DNA of 64,000 nt from Eubacteriales bacterium (GTDB taxonomy: Bacteria > Bacillota > Clostridia > Oscillospirales > CAG-272), in NCBI GenBank assembly GCA_045538895.1, contig JAZQEH010000013.1, positions 1,496 to 65,495 on the forward strand, in the 5' to 3' direction. Made by a program: the position numbers and the translations under genes. Below the pieces are notes generated by a model. It made no database searches. It saw only the letters and a program-made list of their open reading frames with translations, and was not told the DNA's origin. This document shows positions 55,621 through 64,000 of this stretch, one piece after another (position 1 is the stretch's first letter; every line of letters begins with the position of its first letter).

Positions 55621-56558
55621 TATTTTGCTCCTAAAATATCTCCTACGGCAATCTGTCTGCCGTTTACAATATCCGCAGCAGCCATTGCCTTTTTGCCCTC
55701 TGGAGTTGCAACCTTGATTACAAGTGTACCGCCCTTTGTGCAAACCGCAATACCGTTTTTGTCGGCACGGATCACCTTGCCGTATTCGGCACCGCTATCG
55801 CCGCACTCGTATTCGGCACGGACAACTTTAAGCAGTTTGCCGTTTGGTAAATAGGTAAATGCAAGCGGAAAAGGTGAAAGACCGCGGATCTGATTATGAA
55901 TAGTATGCACATCAGCGGAAAAATCTATTAAGCAATCCGCCTTTTCGATTTTTGAAGTGTGGGTTGCAAGGCTGTCATCCTGCTTTTCGGGCTTGAGTGT
56001 ACCGTTTTTGGCAGCCTCAACCGTCTTTACAAGCACTCTTGCACCTGCCATACCAAGCTTGTCATGCACGCTTTCAAAATTGTCGTCCTCGGCAATCTCA
56101 ACTTCCTCTTTAATAAGCATGTCGCCTGTGTCCAGCCCCTCCGCCATATACATGGAGGTAACGCCCGTAACCTTTTCACCGTCCATGATAGCTCTCTGCA
56201 TGGGGGCTGCACCACGGTACTTGGGCAGAAGCGAGCCGTGAATGTTGATGCAACCGTATTTCGGAAAATCAAGCACGTACTTCGGCAGAATTTTACCGTA
56301 TGCAACAACCACTATCATTTCGGGGTTAAGTTTTTCAAGCGTTTCGAGAAAAGCTCCGTCACGAAGCGTCTGCGGCTGAAAAACCTCAATACCGTGCTCC
56401 GTGGCATAAACCTTTACAGGCGGAGGAGTCAGCGTATATCCTCTGCCCTTGGGCTTATCGGGCTGTGTAACAACGCCCACAACCTCCTCGCCGCTCTGAA
56501 CAAGCGCATCAAGCGAGAAAAGTGCAAAATCGGGCGTACCCATAAAAAGTATTCTCAT
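55620..56558 (-). CDS. fmt: Methionyl-tRNA formyltransferase
   Basis: MRILFMGTPDFA and HGSLLPKYRGAAP. Confidence 0.95.
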   Translation of the reverse strand: MRILFMGTPDFALFSLDALVQSGEEVVGVVTQPDKPKGRGYTLTPPPVKVYATEHGIEVFQPQTLRDGAFLETLEKLNPEMIVVVAYGKILPKYVLDFPKYGCINIHGSLLPKYRGAAPMQRAIMDGEKVTGVTSMYMAEGLDTGDMLIKEEVEIAEDDNFESVHDKLGMAGARVLVKTVEAAKNGTLKPEKQDDSLATHTSKIEKADCLIDFSADVHTIHNQIRGLSPFPLAFTYLPNGKLLKVVRAEYECGDSGAEYGKVIRADKNGIAVCTKGGTLVIKVATPEGKKAMAAADIVNGRQIAVGDILGAK

Positions 56559-56559
56559 A

Positions 56560-57033
56560 TCAGCCTACCTCGTCGGGGTCAAGATATCTCACAAGGTTGC
56601 CCTTGTCTATAAACAGTTTGCCGTCAAGATGGTCTATCTCATGGCAGAATGCTCTCGCAAGAAGTCCGCTGCCCGTGTACTCAACGGTTTCACCCTTGCG
56701 GTTAAGGGCACGTACAGTAACCTTTGCAGGACGGCGTGTGATGCCCCATTTGCCGGGAACCGAAAGGCAGCCCTCTCCCTCCTCCTGAACACCGATCTCC
56801 TTTATGATCTCGGGATTGATAAGCTCGATAAGTCCGCTTTCCTCGGTTTCAATAACAACCACTCTGCGGAGAATACCAACCTGAACTGCGGCAAGTCCGC
56901 AACCGTTTGCATCACGCATGGTTTCAACCATGTCGTCAAGCAGAGTAAGTATTCTCGGCGTAATCTCAGTTACAGGGCGGCTGATTTTACGCAGAGTTTC
57001 ATCGCCCTCTTTAACTATTTGCAGTTTAGCCAT
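56560..57033 (-). CDS. def: Peptide deformylase
   Basis: GLAAVQVG, EGCLS and HEIDHL motifs. The ATG at 57033 sits behind GAGGTG. The track start at 57042 is a GTG. Confidence 0.9.
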   Translation of the reverse strand: MAKLQIVKEGDETLRKISRPVTEITPRILTLLDDMVETMRDANGCGLAAVQVGILRRVVVIETEESGLIELINPEIIKEIGVQEEGEGCLSVPGKWGITRRPAKVTVRALNRKGETVEYTGSGLLARAFCHEIDHLDGKLFIDKGNLVRYLDPDEVG

Positions 57034-57043
57034 AACATTCACC

Positions 57044-59266
57044 TCAAATTCCCGTGGGGTTTATATCAACACCGCACGTAACACTCTTATATTTAGTCGT
57101 ACCGAACGTGCAGATAACCTCACCGAGCAGCTTCAAAAGTTGCTTTGAGCGGCGGCATTTAAGCACTATTCTCATACGGTACCTTTCGTCTATCTTATAA
57201 ACCGCAGCCTCAAACGGACCGAAAGAAATTATAGGCACATTCTTATACTCGCCTGCGGTTTTCTTTTTCAGAAATTCAAATATCTCCAAAGCACATTTAG
57301 AGCAATCGGTTTCGCTTGCCGATGTCACCGAAAGCACCGCTATATCGCAAAACGGCGGGAAAGTAAACGCCTCACGAAGCTGTATATCACGCTCGTAAAA
57401 GGATTTATAATCCTGCATAGCCGCAAGCCTTATGACCTCGTGCTTCGGATTCATTGTCTGTATAACGGCAACACCGTGCTTCTCGGCTCGCCCCGCACGT
57501 CCTATAACCTGCGTAAGCATCGAAAAGGTTCGTTCACCTGCACGGAAATCGTCCATGTAGAGAGTACTGTCTGCATTAAGCACGCCGACAAGCGTTACGT
57601 CGGGGAAATCGTGTCCCTTTGCAACCATCTGGGTACCAAGCAGAACGTCCGCATCGTGTCTGCGGAATTTTGCAAGCATTTCATCATACGCACTCTTTTT
57701 AGTGGTGGTATCCGCATCCATACGCATGATGCTGCCCTTGAATTTTTCGTAAAACTCCTCCTCCACCTTCTGGGTACCGTAGCCCATAAAGCCGAGATTA
57801 TCGCCCTTGCATGACGGGCATACCTCCGGAATCTTTGAACGATAGCCGCAATAATGGCAAAGGAGCATATCGTTTCTGCCGTGCTTGTGCCTTGTAAGCG
57901 ACACCGAGCAATGCGGACAAAGCACAGCCTCACCGCAATCACGGCAACTCAGAAACGCATTATAGCCGCGGCGATTAAGAAACAGAATCGCCTGATCGCC
58001 GCTATCAAGCGTTTCACTAAGTTTTTCGCAAAGCAGACTTCCGTACGGCGAAAGATTGCCGCCGAGCGCATTCTTGCGGATATCGTCAATATAGACCTCG
58101 GGAAGTCTTGCACTGCCGTATCTTTCGGTAAGCTCCACAAGAGTGTATGTACCGATTTTTGCCTTGTAATAGCTCTCAACAGACGGAGTAGCCGATGCAA
58201 GCAGTAAAAGCCCTTTGGCACGTCCCAAGCGGAATGCCGCAACGTCACGTGCATGGTACTTCGGACTCATATCCGATTTATAGGTATGCTCCTGCTCCTC
58301 GTCAATGATTATCATACCGAGATTTCTCATCGGTGCGAACACCGCGCTGCGGGTGCCTATAACAAGGTCAACCTCGCCTGCATCAATACGGCGGTAGGCA
58401 TCGTATCGCTCCCCTGCCGAAAGTGAGGAATGAAGCACCGCCACACGCTCACCGTAAAATGAGCAGAACAGCGAAACTGTCTGCGGTGTAAGCGAAATTT
58501 CGGGTACAAGGACTATAACGCCCTTGCCGCCTTTTACCGCATGGTCGATCATCGCTTTCATGACACGGGTTTTACCACTGCCCGTAACACCGTAAAGAAG
58601 TGCGCATCGTGCCTCATCAGCATCATAAAGCGAGCAAAGCGTATTGAATGCCTTGGTCTGGTGAGGGCTTAACACATTCTGCTTTCCCGAATCGGCTTTA
58701 ATTGACGCATACGGATTTCTCCACACGTTTTCATACTTCACCTCAGCCGCCCCCTGTGACACAAGTGCTTTAAGCTGAGCAGAGGTTGCACCCGTCTGCT
58801 CATAGAGCGTAGCCGCAGGCGCAAAGTCGGAAGTAAGTGCTTCGTAAAGAGCCTTTTGCTTTTCACCGCGCGGAAAATACTCCTTATCGGTGCGACGCAC
58901 AAAGACCGCTTTCTTTTCATCGCCGCTTTTCAGCGAGGAAAACGGAGGTGCAACCGTGCGAACGGCATCGCCCGTGGTGCAAAGCGTATACTCCTTTAAA
59001 AAGTTGCATACGGCAATCTGCTCCTCCGAAAAGCTGACACGCAGATTAACGTCAATAACGTCCTTTGTGCGGTCACTGTCGCTTGTGTCGGTCACCTCGG
59101 TGACAAGTCCCATCCGCCTTTTGTTGGCATTTGAAAACGGAACAAAAACAATCGAGCCACGGCATACTTTTCCCTGCAAATGTTCGGGAATATGATAATC
59201 AAACGGTCTGTCGAGTGCACTCGGTGCATCGAGCAGCCATACCTTTGCATATGCCGCACCTTTCAT
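57044..59266 (-). CDS. priA: Primosomal protein N' (PriA helicase)
   Basis: Walker A GVTGSGKT, DEEH box, and a Cys-rich zinc insertion. Confidence 0.95.
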   Translation of the reverse strand: MKGAAYAKVWLLDAPSALDRPFDYHIPEHLQGKVCRGSIVFVPFSNANKRRMGLVTEVTDTSDSDRTKDVIDVNLRVSFSEEQIAVCNFLKEYTLCTTGDAVRTVAPPFSSLKSGDEKKAVFVRRTDKEYFPRGEKQKALYEALTSDFAPAATLYEQTGATSAQLKALVSQGAAEVKYENVWRNPYASIKADSGKQNVLSPHQTKAFNTLCSLYDADEARCALLYGVTGSGKTRVMKAMIDHAVKGGKGVIVLVPEISLTPQTVSLFCSFYGERVAVLHSSLSAGERYDAYRRIDAGEVDLVIGTRSAVFAPMRNLGMIIIDEEQEHTYKSDMSPKYHARDVAAFRLGRAKGLLLLASATPSVESYYKAKIGTYTLVELTERYGSARLPEVYIDDIRKNALGGNLSPYGSLLCEKLSETLDSGDQAILFLNRRGYNAFLSCRDCGEAVLCPHCSVSLTRHKHGRNDMLLCHYCGYRSKIPEVCPSCKGDNLGFMGYGTQKVEEEFYEKFKGSIMRMDADTTTKKSAYDEMLAKFRRHDADVLLGTQMVAKGHDFPDVTLVGVLNADSTLYMDDFRAGERTFSMLTQVIGRAGRAEKHGVAVIQTMNPKHEVIRLAAMQDYKSFYERDIQLREAFTFPPFCDIAVLSVTSASETDCSKCALEIFEFLKKKTAGEYKNVPIISFGPFEAAVYKIDERYRMRIVLKCRRSKQLLKLLGEVICTFGTTKYKSVTCGVDINPTGI

Positions 59267-59287
59267 CGTTTTATCCTTTCAAAAAAA

Positions 59288-59554
59288 TCAGTCCTCTGTG
59301 TGTACTATCTTGTATTCGCCTGCGTGGAGCTTTGCCACTGCGTTTCTTACCGCCTTTTCATCACGGATATCCTTGTCGATGAGAGCGGAAATGGGCTTGT
59401 CGGTTTCCTTACGTTCGATAAGCTTTTCGGCATATGCTCTCTGCTCTACGTACTTATCTGTGATAATACGTGCGCATTTTGCAGTTGCAATAACCAGCTC
59501 GTAGCGGTTAAGTTCGTCATTGGTCATTTCTTCTACAGAAGGCTTGTTAATCAT
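59288..59554 (-). CDS. rpoZ: DNA-directed RNA polymerase subunit omega
   Basis: MINKPSVEEMTNDELNRYELVIATAKCARII. It follows gmk. The longer track ORF is rejected. Confidence 0.8.
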   Translation of the reverse strand: MINKPSVEEMTNDELNRYELVIATAKCARIITDKYVEQRAYAEKLIERKETDKPISALIDKDIRDEKAVRNAVAKLHAGEYKIVHTED

Positions 59555-59558
59555 GGTT

Positions 59559-60161
59559 CTATTCTCCCTTGAAATATATATTTTTAAATTCTTTATTGCA
59601 TACCGCCGAAAGCTCCTCTGCACGTGCAAGTGCAAAGAAATCGTCAACGGCATTATTGATTTTACCTGTTTCGTTTATTATGAGATAATCATAAGCATCG
59701 AGGTATTCAAGCTCCTCTTTTGCACGTGCAAGACGGCGGGAAATCGACTCCTCCGTATCTCTGCCACGTGAAAAAAGTCTGCTTCTCTGCTCGTTGACAT
59801 CGGGCGGTGTTACCATTACAAGCACCGCAGACGGGAACTTTTTCTTAATCTGCATAGCACCGTCAACCTCGATTTCAAGTATCAGATGCTTACCCTCGTT
59901 TTCGGCACGTTCAAACTCCGAAACAAGAGTTCCGTAGTAGTTGCCGCAATACTCGGTGTACTCAACCACGCCGCCGTTTTTGATTTTTTCTTCAAACTCT
60001 TCACGGGTTATGTAGTAATAATTGACACCGTTTGTTTCACCCTTGAGTATCGGACGTGAAGTTGCACTTATTGCACATATGTAACTGTCATTTCTGCCGA
60101 TAATCTCAGAAACAAGTGTTCCCTTGCCGCTGCCGGCAGGGCCTGAAATGATGAATACCAT
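59559..60161 (-). CDS. gmk: Guanylate kinase
   Basis: ISGPAGSGKGT P-loop. Conserved position. Confidence 0.95.
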   Translation of the reverse strand: MVFIISGPAGSGKGTLVSEIIGRNDSYICAISATSRPILKGETNGVNYYYITREEFEEKIKNGGVVEYTEYCGNYYGTLVSEFERAENEGKHLILEIEVDGAMQIKKKFPSAVLVMVTPPDVNEQRSRLFSRGRDTEESISRRLARAKEELEYLDAYDYLIINETGKINNAVDDFFALARAEELSAVCNKEFKNIYFKGE

Positions 60162-60431
60162 TTATTCTTCCTCCTCGACAACATCTGTTTCGTCGATTTC
60201 ATCAGCAAGACGGTTTGAAATGGTTTCGGGCTGGGTGGCACTCAGAATTACATGGTCGCTGTCGGTAATGATGATAGCTCTTGTACGTCTGCCACAGGTA
60301 ACGTCAATAATGCGTCCTCCCTCACGTGCCTCGCTCACAAGTCGCTTCATAGGTGCCGAATCGGGGCTGACAAGTGCAACCACTCGGTCGGCGGCTACCA
60401 TATTGCCGAATCCAACGTTGATAAATTTCAT
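60162..60431 (-). CDS. remA: RemA/YlzA family (DUF370) regulator
   Basis: [31 protein letters not shown]...[16 protein letters not shown]. Confidence 0.85.
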   Translation of the reverse strand: MKFINVGFGNMVAADRVVALVSPDSAPMKRLVSEAREGGRIIDVTCGRRTRAIIITDSDHVILSATQPETISNRLADEIDETDVVEEEE

Positions 60432-60440
60432 TGCTAACTC

Positions 60441-61328
60441 CTATTCTATGTTTTGAATCTGTTCTCTGATTTTTTCAAGTTCAGCCTTGATGTCAACCAC
60501 AAGCTTTGCAATGTCAAGGCACTGTGCTTTTGAGCCGATAGTGTTTGTTTCACGGTTGATTTCCTGAAGCAAGAAGTCAAGCTTTCTGCCGCAGGGCTCA
60601 CCGCTTGCAAGAATGTCATAGAAGGCACCGAAGTGGCAGTTAAGACGGGTAAGCTCCTCGTCTATCGCAACTCGGTCGGCATAAATCGCACTCTCGGTAA
60701 GAATTCTCGCCTCGTCAATAACAATATTGTTATCATCAAGCAAACTCTTTATTCTCTCGGTAAGCTTTGCATTGTATGCTTTGATTTCCTCCTCAGAGTA
60801 CTTGGCAATTTTTGCCGCAGTTTCACGGATAAACTCAATCTTTGCCGCAATGTCCTTTTCAATCTTTTCGCCCTCAACGGTACGGGCATTCACAAACTCG
60901 CAAAGTGCCTTGTCAAGCACCTCACGTATCATCTGCCAATCGCCCTCCTCGTCATCCTCGGCACGCTTGGCAGTGAAAACCTCACGGTTCTGTGCAACGC
61001 TCATCACGCTGATATCGTCCTTAAGCGAGAACTCGTCACGCAGCTTTTCAAGTGCGGTTATGTATCCACGTGCATACGCACTGTCAAGTAAAACCTCAAC
61101 CTCGGTATCGGCAAGAGTGTCAACGCCTACATAAATCTCAACCTTGCCACGGCTGATACCGTTCTGCTGTGCATAGGTCTTTACCCTGTCCTCAAGAAAG
61201 CTGTATCGGCGAGGCATACGGACGGTTGCATCAAGATAGCGGCTGTTAACGCTCTTTATCTCAACGGTAATGTCCTTTTCCTCGGTAGTGACTCTTGCTC
61301 TGCCAAAAGCAGTCATACTTCTAATCAT
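60441..61328 (-). CDS. YicC/YloC-family endoribonuclease
   Basis: MIRSMTAFGRA...KSVNSRYLD...EINRETNTIGSK. Confidence 0.85.
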   Translation of the reverse strand: MIRSMTAFGRARVTTEEKDITVEIKSVNSRYLDATVRMPRRYSFLEDRVKTYAQQNGISRGKVEIYVGVDTLADTEVEVLLDSAYARGYITALEKLRDEFSLKDDISVMSVAQNREVFTAKRAEDDEEGDWQMIREVLDKALCEFVNARTVEGEKIEKDIAAKIEFIRETAAKIAKYSEEEIKAYNAKLTERIKSLLDDNNIVIDEARILTESAIYADRVAIDEELTRLNCHFGAFYDILASGEPCGRKLDFLLQEINRETNTIGSKAQCLDIAKLVVDIKAELEKIREQIQNIE

Positions 61329-61392
61329 TTTTATCCTCCGTATTACACTTATTTAGGTACACTTTTCCCATATTAGTATAATATATTAATAT

Positions 61393-61421
61393 ATTATATA
61401 AAATTTTATTTGTAATGTCAA
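61393..61421 (-). promoter_or_regulatory. Sigma-A-type promoter candidate for the yloC...cysS block
   Basis: Minus strand reads TTGACA, 17 nt, TATAAT. Confidence 0.5.
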
Positions 61422-61450
61422 GAAAAATACCGCCCAAATCGGGCGGTATT
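61421..61450 (-). terminator. Intrinsic terminator after traX-family gene
   Basis: AATACCGCCC-AAATC-GGGCGGTATT with a U-run on the minus strand. Confidence 0.75.
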
Positions 61451-61452
61451 GC

Positions 61453-62178
61453 TTAAAATATTATGTCGATAAGGTATAAAACACCGAGGTGAAGCGGATA
61501 AAAAACGTAAAAAGCATACTTGAATTTACGGCTTCCACGCTTGCCGTTATACAGTGCGAGTATCGGAATAGTCAAAAGTGCGAACCAGATATACCAAAGT
61601 GTGCTTCTTAAACAAAGTACAAAAAGTATAAGTCCGATTGCAAATGAAGTCAACTGCTTTCTGCGGTTTGTCGTCACGACCGCGAAAAGCGGCAGAAGTG
61701 CACCGGCAGCACCGTAATCAAAGCTGATTCCAAAATCAAAAAGCGTGTATGAATATGTGCACAAAATATCAAGTACGATTACAAAAAATACGCTCAGCAC
61801 GAAAGCCGTTCCGTAGAAAAAAGTCCTTGCTTTATCAGCACTTTTAAGCGATTTTTCAAAGTCAACATACGCAAAGCAGACAAGCATCGAAAGCGAAAGC
61901 GTGAACAAAATATTCAGGTATACGGAACGTATACCACCGCTTAGTATTTCCTCTGCTGTATATACAAGCTGACATGCAATTCCGAGGGCAAGCATACGCA
62001 AAAAATAGCGTAGTCTGTTCGAAGTGCAGCGAGCACCTTCAGCAACAAAAAATCCGAATATCGGCATGGCAAGTCTGCCTATATATCGCATCCATTCAAG
62101 TTGCGGAAACAGCAAAAGCCCTGCATGGTCAATAAGCATGCTCACACATGCAATGAATTTTAAATTATTAGCATTCAT
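61453..62178 (-). CDS. TraX-family membrane protein
   Basis: LKFIACVSMLIDHAGLLLF and polytopic topology. Confidence 0.75.
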   Translation of the reverse strand: MNANNLKFIACVSMLIDHAGLLLFPQLEWMRYIGRLAMPIFGFFVAEGARCTSNRLRYFLRMLALGIACQLVYTAEEILSGGIRSVYLNILFTLSLSMLVCFAYVDFEKSLKSADKARTFFYGTAFVLSVFFVIVLDILCTYSYTLFDFGISFDYGAAGALLPLFAVVTTNRRKQLTSFAIGLILFVLCLRSTLWYIWFALLTIPILALYNGKRGSRKFKYAFYVFYPLHLGVLYLIDIIF

Positions 62179-62187
62179 AATAATGTA

Positions 62188-62337
62188 GATAAATTATTGT
62201 TTAGGGGGTAACGCACCAACCATGGTAGGGGACGGCGCCTTCGACGTCCCGCATGCACAAAGACAAAACGGGATGTCCAGGGGGCCATCCCCTACCGGTT
62301 TGTGGTTTCCCATTTGCTCTCATAAACTATAATTTAC
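62188..62337. repeat. MITE-like element, shared-TIR family, third core type; fills the ygiQ-traX spacer
   Basis: Ends are GATAAATTATTGTTTAGGGGG and CTCTCATAAACTATAATTTAC. The interior has the stem GGTAGGGGA...TCCCCTACC. Confidence 0.75.
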
Positions 62338-64000
62338 TTTCTCTTTTTATTGTTTCGGGGTGCTTTTTTCTTATCAAAGCCGCCTTTGGCTTTGGGCTTT
62401 CCGATATCTTTTTTCTGCGGTGCATTGACTTTTCTCGGCTTTATCAGGCAGTTAGTACCGTAGCCGATAAGGTCCTCACGTCCGCATTTTTTCAGTGCCT
62501 CAACCACAAGGTCATAGTTCTGAGGCCTGTTATACTGAAGCAACGCTCTCTGCAACTGCTTTTCATGATAATCGGTTGCAACGTAAACCTTCTTGCCGTC
62601 AAGCGGATTTATGCCGGTATAATACATAACCGTTGAGGGGGTACCCGGTGTGGGATAATAGTCCTGCACCTGCTCGGGTGCATAGCCTGCACGTTTTAAG
62701 CAGAGTGCAAGCTCAACCGCACTTGAAAGAGTGGAACCGGGATGACTCGACATAAGATACGGCACAAGATACTGCTCAAGTCCGCATTCGTTTGAGAGTT
62801 CAAAATACTTCTTGCGGAATCTTTCGTATACGTCAAACGAGGGCTTACCCATAACCCGAAGTACGTTGGTATCACAATGTTCAGGGGCAACCTTAAGTTG
62901 TCCCGAAACGTGGTCACGCACAAGTTTTTTGAAAAAATCATCGCTTTTATCAGCGAGCAGATAGTCAAAGCGTATGCCTGAACGGATGAATACCTTTTTC
63001 ACCTTGGGCAGTGCTTCAACCGCCTTTAAAAGTTCAATATATTCTGTGTGGTCTGCGACAAGATTCTTGCAAGGAGTGGGAGCCAGACACTTACGGTTCG
63101 CACAGACACCGTCGGTAAGCTGCTTTTTACATGCACCGTAGCGGAAGTTAGCCGTAGGACCACCGATATCATGAATATACCCCTTGAAATCAGGCATTTC
63201 AGTGATGATTTTAGCCTCACGCACAACGCTTTCTATACTGCGTGAGCGAACCGTTCTGCCCTGATGAAAAGCAAGTGCGCAAAAATTGCAGCCGCCAAAG
63301 CAACCACGGTTATGCGTTATCGAAAAACGAACCTCCTTGATAGCAGGAACTCCGCCGTCCTTTTCATACATCGGATGATAGGTACGCATAAACGGCAGTG
63401 CATAAACTCTGTCAAGTTCCTCCCTTTCAAGCGGTGGCATGGGCGGATTCTGCACCAGAAGCTTATCGCCGTAACGCTCGATAACCGCCTTGCCGTAAAT
63501 AGAATCCTGATTGCGGTACTGTATTCCGTATGCCTTTGCATACACCGCCTTATCGCTCTTCAACTCGTCATAATCAAAGGTTTCAACCGTATCAAAATGC
63601 AGTTTATCCCCCTCTTTGCAGAGAAAAACAGTACCTCGCACGTCACGTATCTTTTTAACCGGAACGCCCTTGTTGAGCAGCTCGGCAATGCGTAAAAGTA
63701 TGTTTTCGCCCATACCGTAAGTAAGGATATCCGCACGTGAGTCAACGAGCAGTGAGCGGCGTACCTTGTTGTCCCAATAGTCATAGTGAGCAAAGCGGCG
63801 GAGTGATGCTTCAAGGCCGCCAAGGATAATAGGCACGTCACCGTATGCCTCACGGATTCGGTTGGAATACACTATACACGCGCGATCAGGACGTCTGCCC
63901 GCCTTGCCGCCCGGCGAATAATAGTCATCCGAACGCTTTTTCTTTGCAGCGGTATAGTGTGCAACCATAGAGTCGATATTACCGGCACTGACCAAAAATC
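62334..64000 (-). CDS. ygiQ: YgiQ-family (UPF0313) radical SAM protein; N-terminus beyond window edge
   Basis: CFGGCNFC cluster and a Lys-rich C-terminal tail. The reading frame is open to position 64000. The track M at 63995 is an internal TTG. Confidence 0.85.
   Translation of the reverse strand, partial: FLVSAGNIDSMVAHYTAAKKKRSDDYYSPGGKAGRRPDRACIVYSNRIREAYGDVPIILGGLEASLRRFAHYDYWDNKVRRSLLVDSRADILTYGMGENILLRIAELLNKGVPVKKIRDVRGTVFLCKEGDKLHFDTVETFDYDELKSDKAVYAKAYGIQYRNQDSIYGKAVIERYGDKLLVQNPPMPPLEREELDRVYALPFMRTYHPMYEKDGGVPAIKEVRFSITHNRGCFGGCNFCALAFHQGRTVRSRSIESVVREAKIITEMPDFKGYIHDIGGPTANFRYGACKKQLTDGVCANRKCLAPTPCKNLVADHTEYIELLKAVEALPKVKKVFIRSGIRFDYLLADKSDDFFKKLVRDHVSGQLKVAPEHCDTNVLRVMGKPSFDVYERFRKKYFELSNECGLEQYLVPYLMSSHPGSTLSSAVELALCLKRAGYAPEQVQDYYPTPGTPSTVMYYTGINPLDGKKVYVATDYHEKQLQRALLQYNRPQNYDLVVEALKKCGREDLIGYGTNCLIKPRKVNAPQKKDIGKPKAKGGFDKKKAPRNNKKRK

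Noticed and set aside
54934-55743. N-terminal extensions offered by the ORF track (55743, 37656, 35107, 10539, 17164, 59653).
   Set aside because: The extensions overlap the upstream gene or lack an SD. Internal starts have SD sequences and give family-typical N-termini.

Overview
This is a 64-kb chromosomal segment that looks like a Clostridia-class Firmicute. Gene order and protein sequences resemble Oscillospiraceae/Ruminococcus, but the taxon is my inference. I call about 57 protein genes and saw no rRNA, tRNA or CRISPR array. The content is overwhelmingly core. In order: (ylxQ)-ylxR-nusA-rimP; a divergent pair of small XRE regulators; a GT4-CsaB fusion; gdpP-rplI-dnaB-tilS-hpt-ftsH; aconitase-IDH-citrate synthase; a stand-alone E. 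coli-type YcaO; a membrane protein plus SLH wall protein; an AraC-bracketed pair of large uncharacterised cytoplasmic enzymes; a BMP-family ABC importer; asnA; an LCP gene with glyQS; two tandem RumA-family rRNA methyltransferases; a small AT-rich islet; HAD; VanY-like peptidase. The window ends with the long conserved yloC-remA-gmk-rpoZ-priA-def-fmt-rsmB-rlmN-prpC-prkC-rsgA block extended by cysE-cysS, then traX and ygiQ (cut by the window edge). I found no convincing novel multi-gene system: no defence, toxin, secretion or RiPP-type cluster. The unusual signal is in the non-coding DNA. (1) A 240-bp structured repeat occurs twice, and each copy is bracketed by a perfect 25-28-bp direct duplication of the upstream gene's whole terminator hairpin. 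(2) A family of 100-230-bp MITE-like elements (at least 8 loci) shares about 20-30-bp terminal inverted repeats but carries different hairpin-rich cores. Several stems show compensatory changes between copies, and some elements fill intra-operon spacers or supply stop codons. (3) Three sequence discontinuities fall right after the conserved HVECV codons at the 3' ends of RumA-family genes, next to two orphan small ORFs. All functional readings of these repeats are hypotheses and need genome-wide and RNA-level checks.
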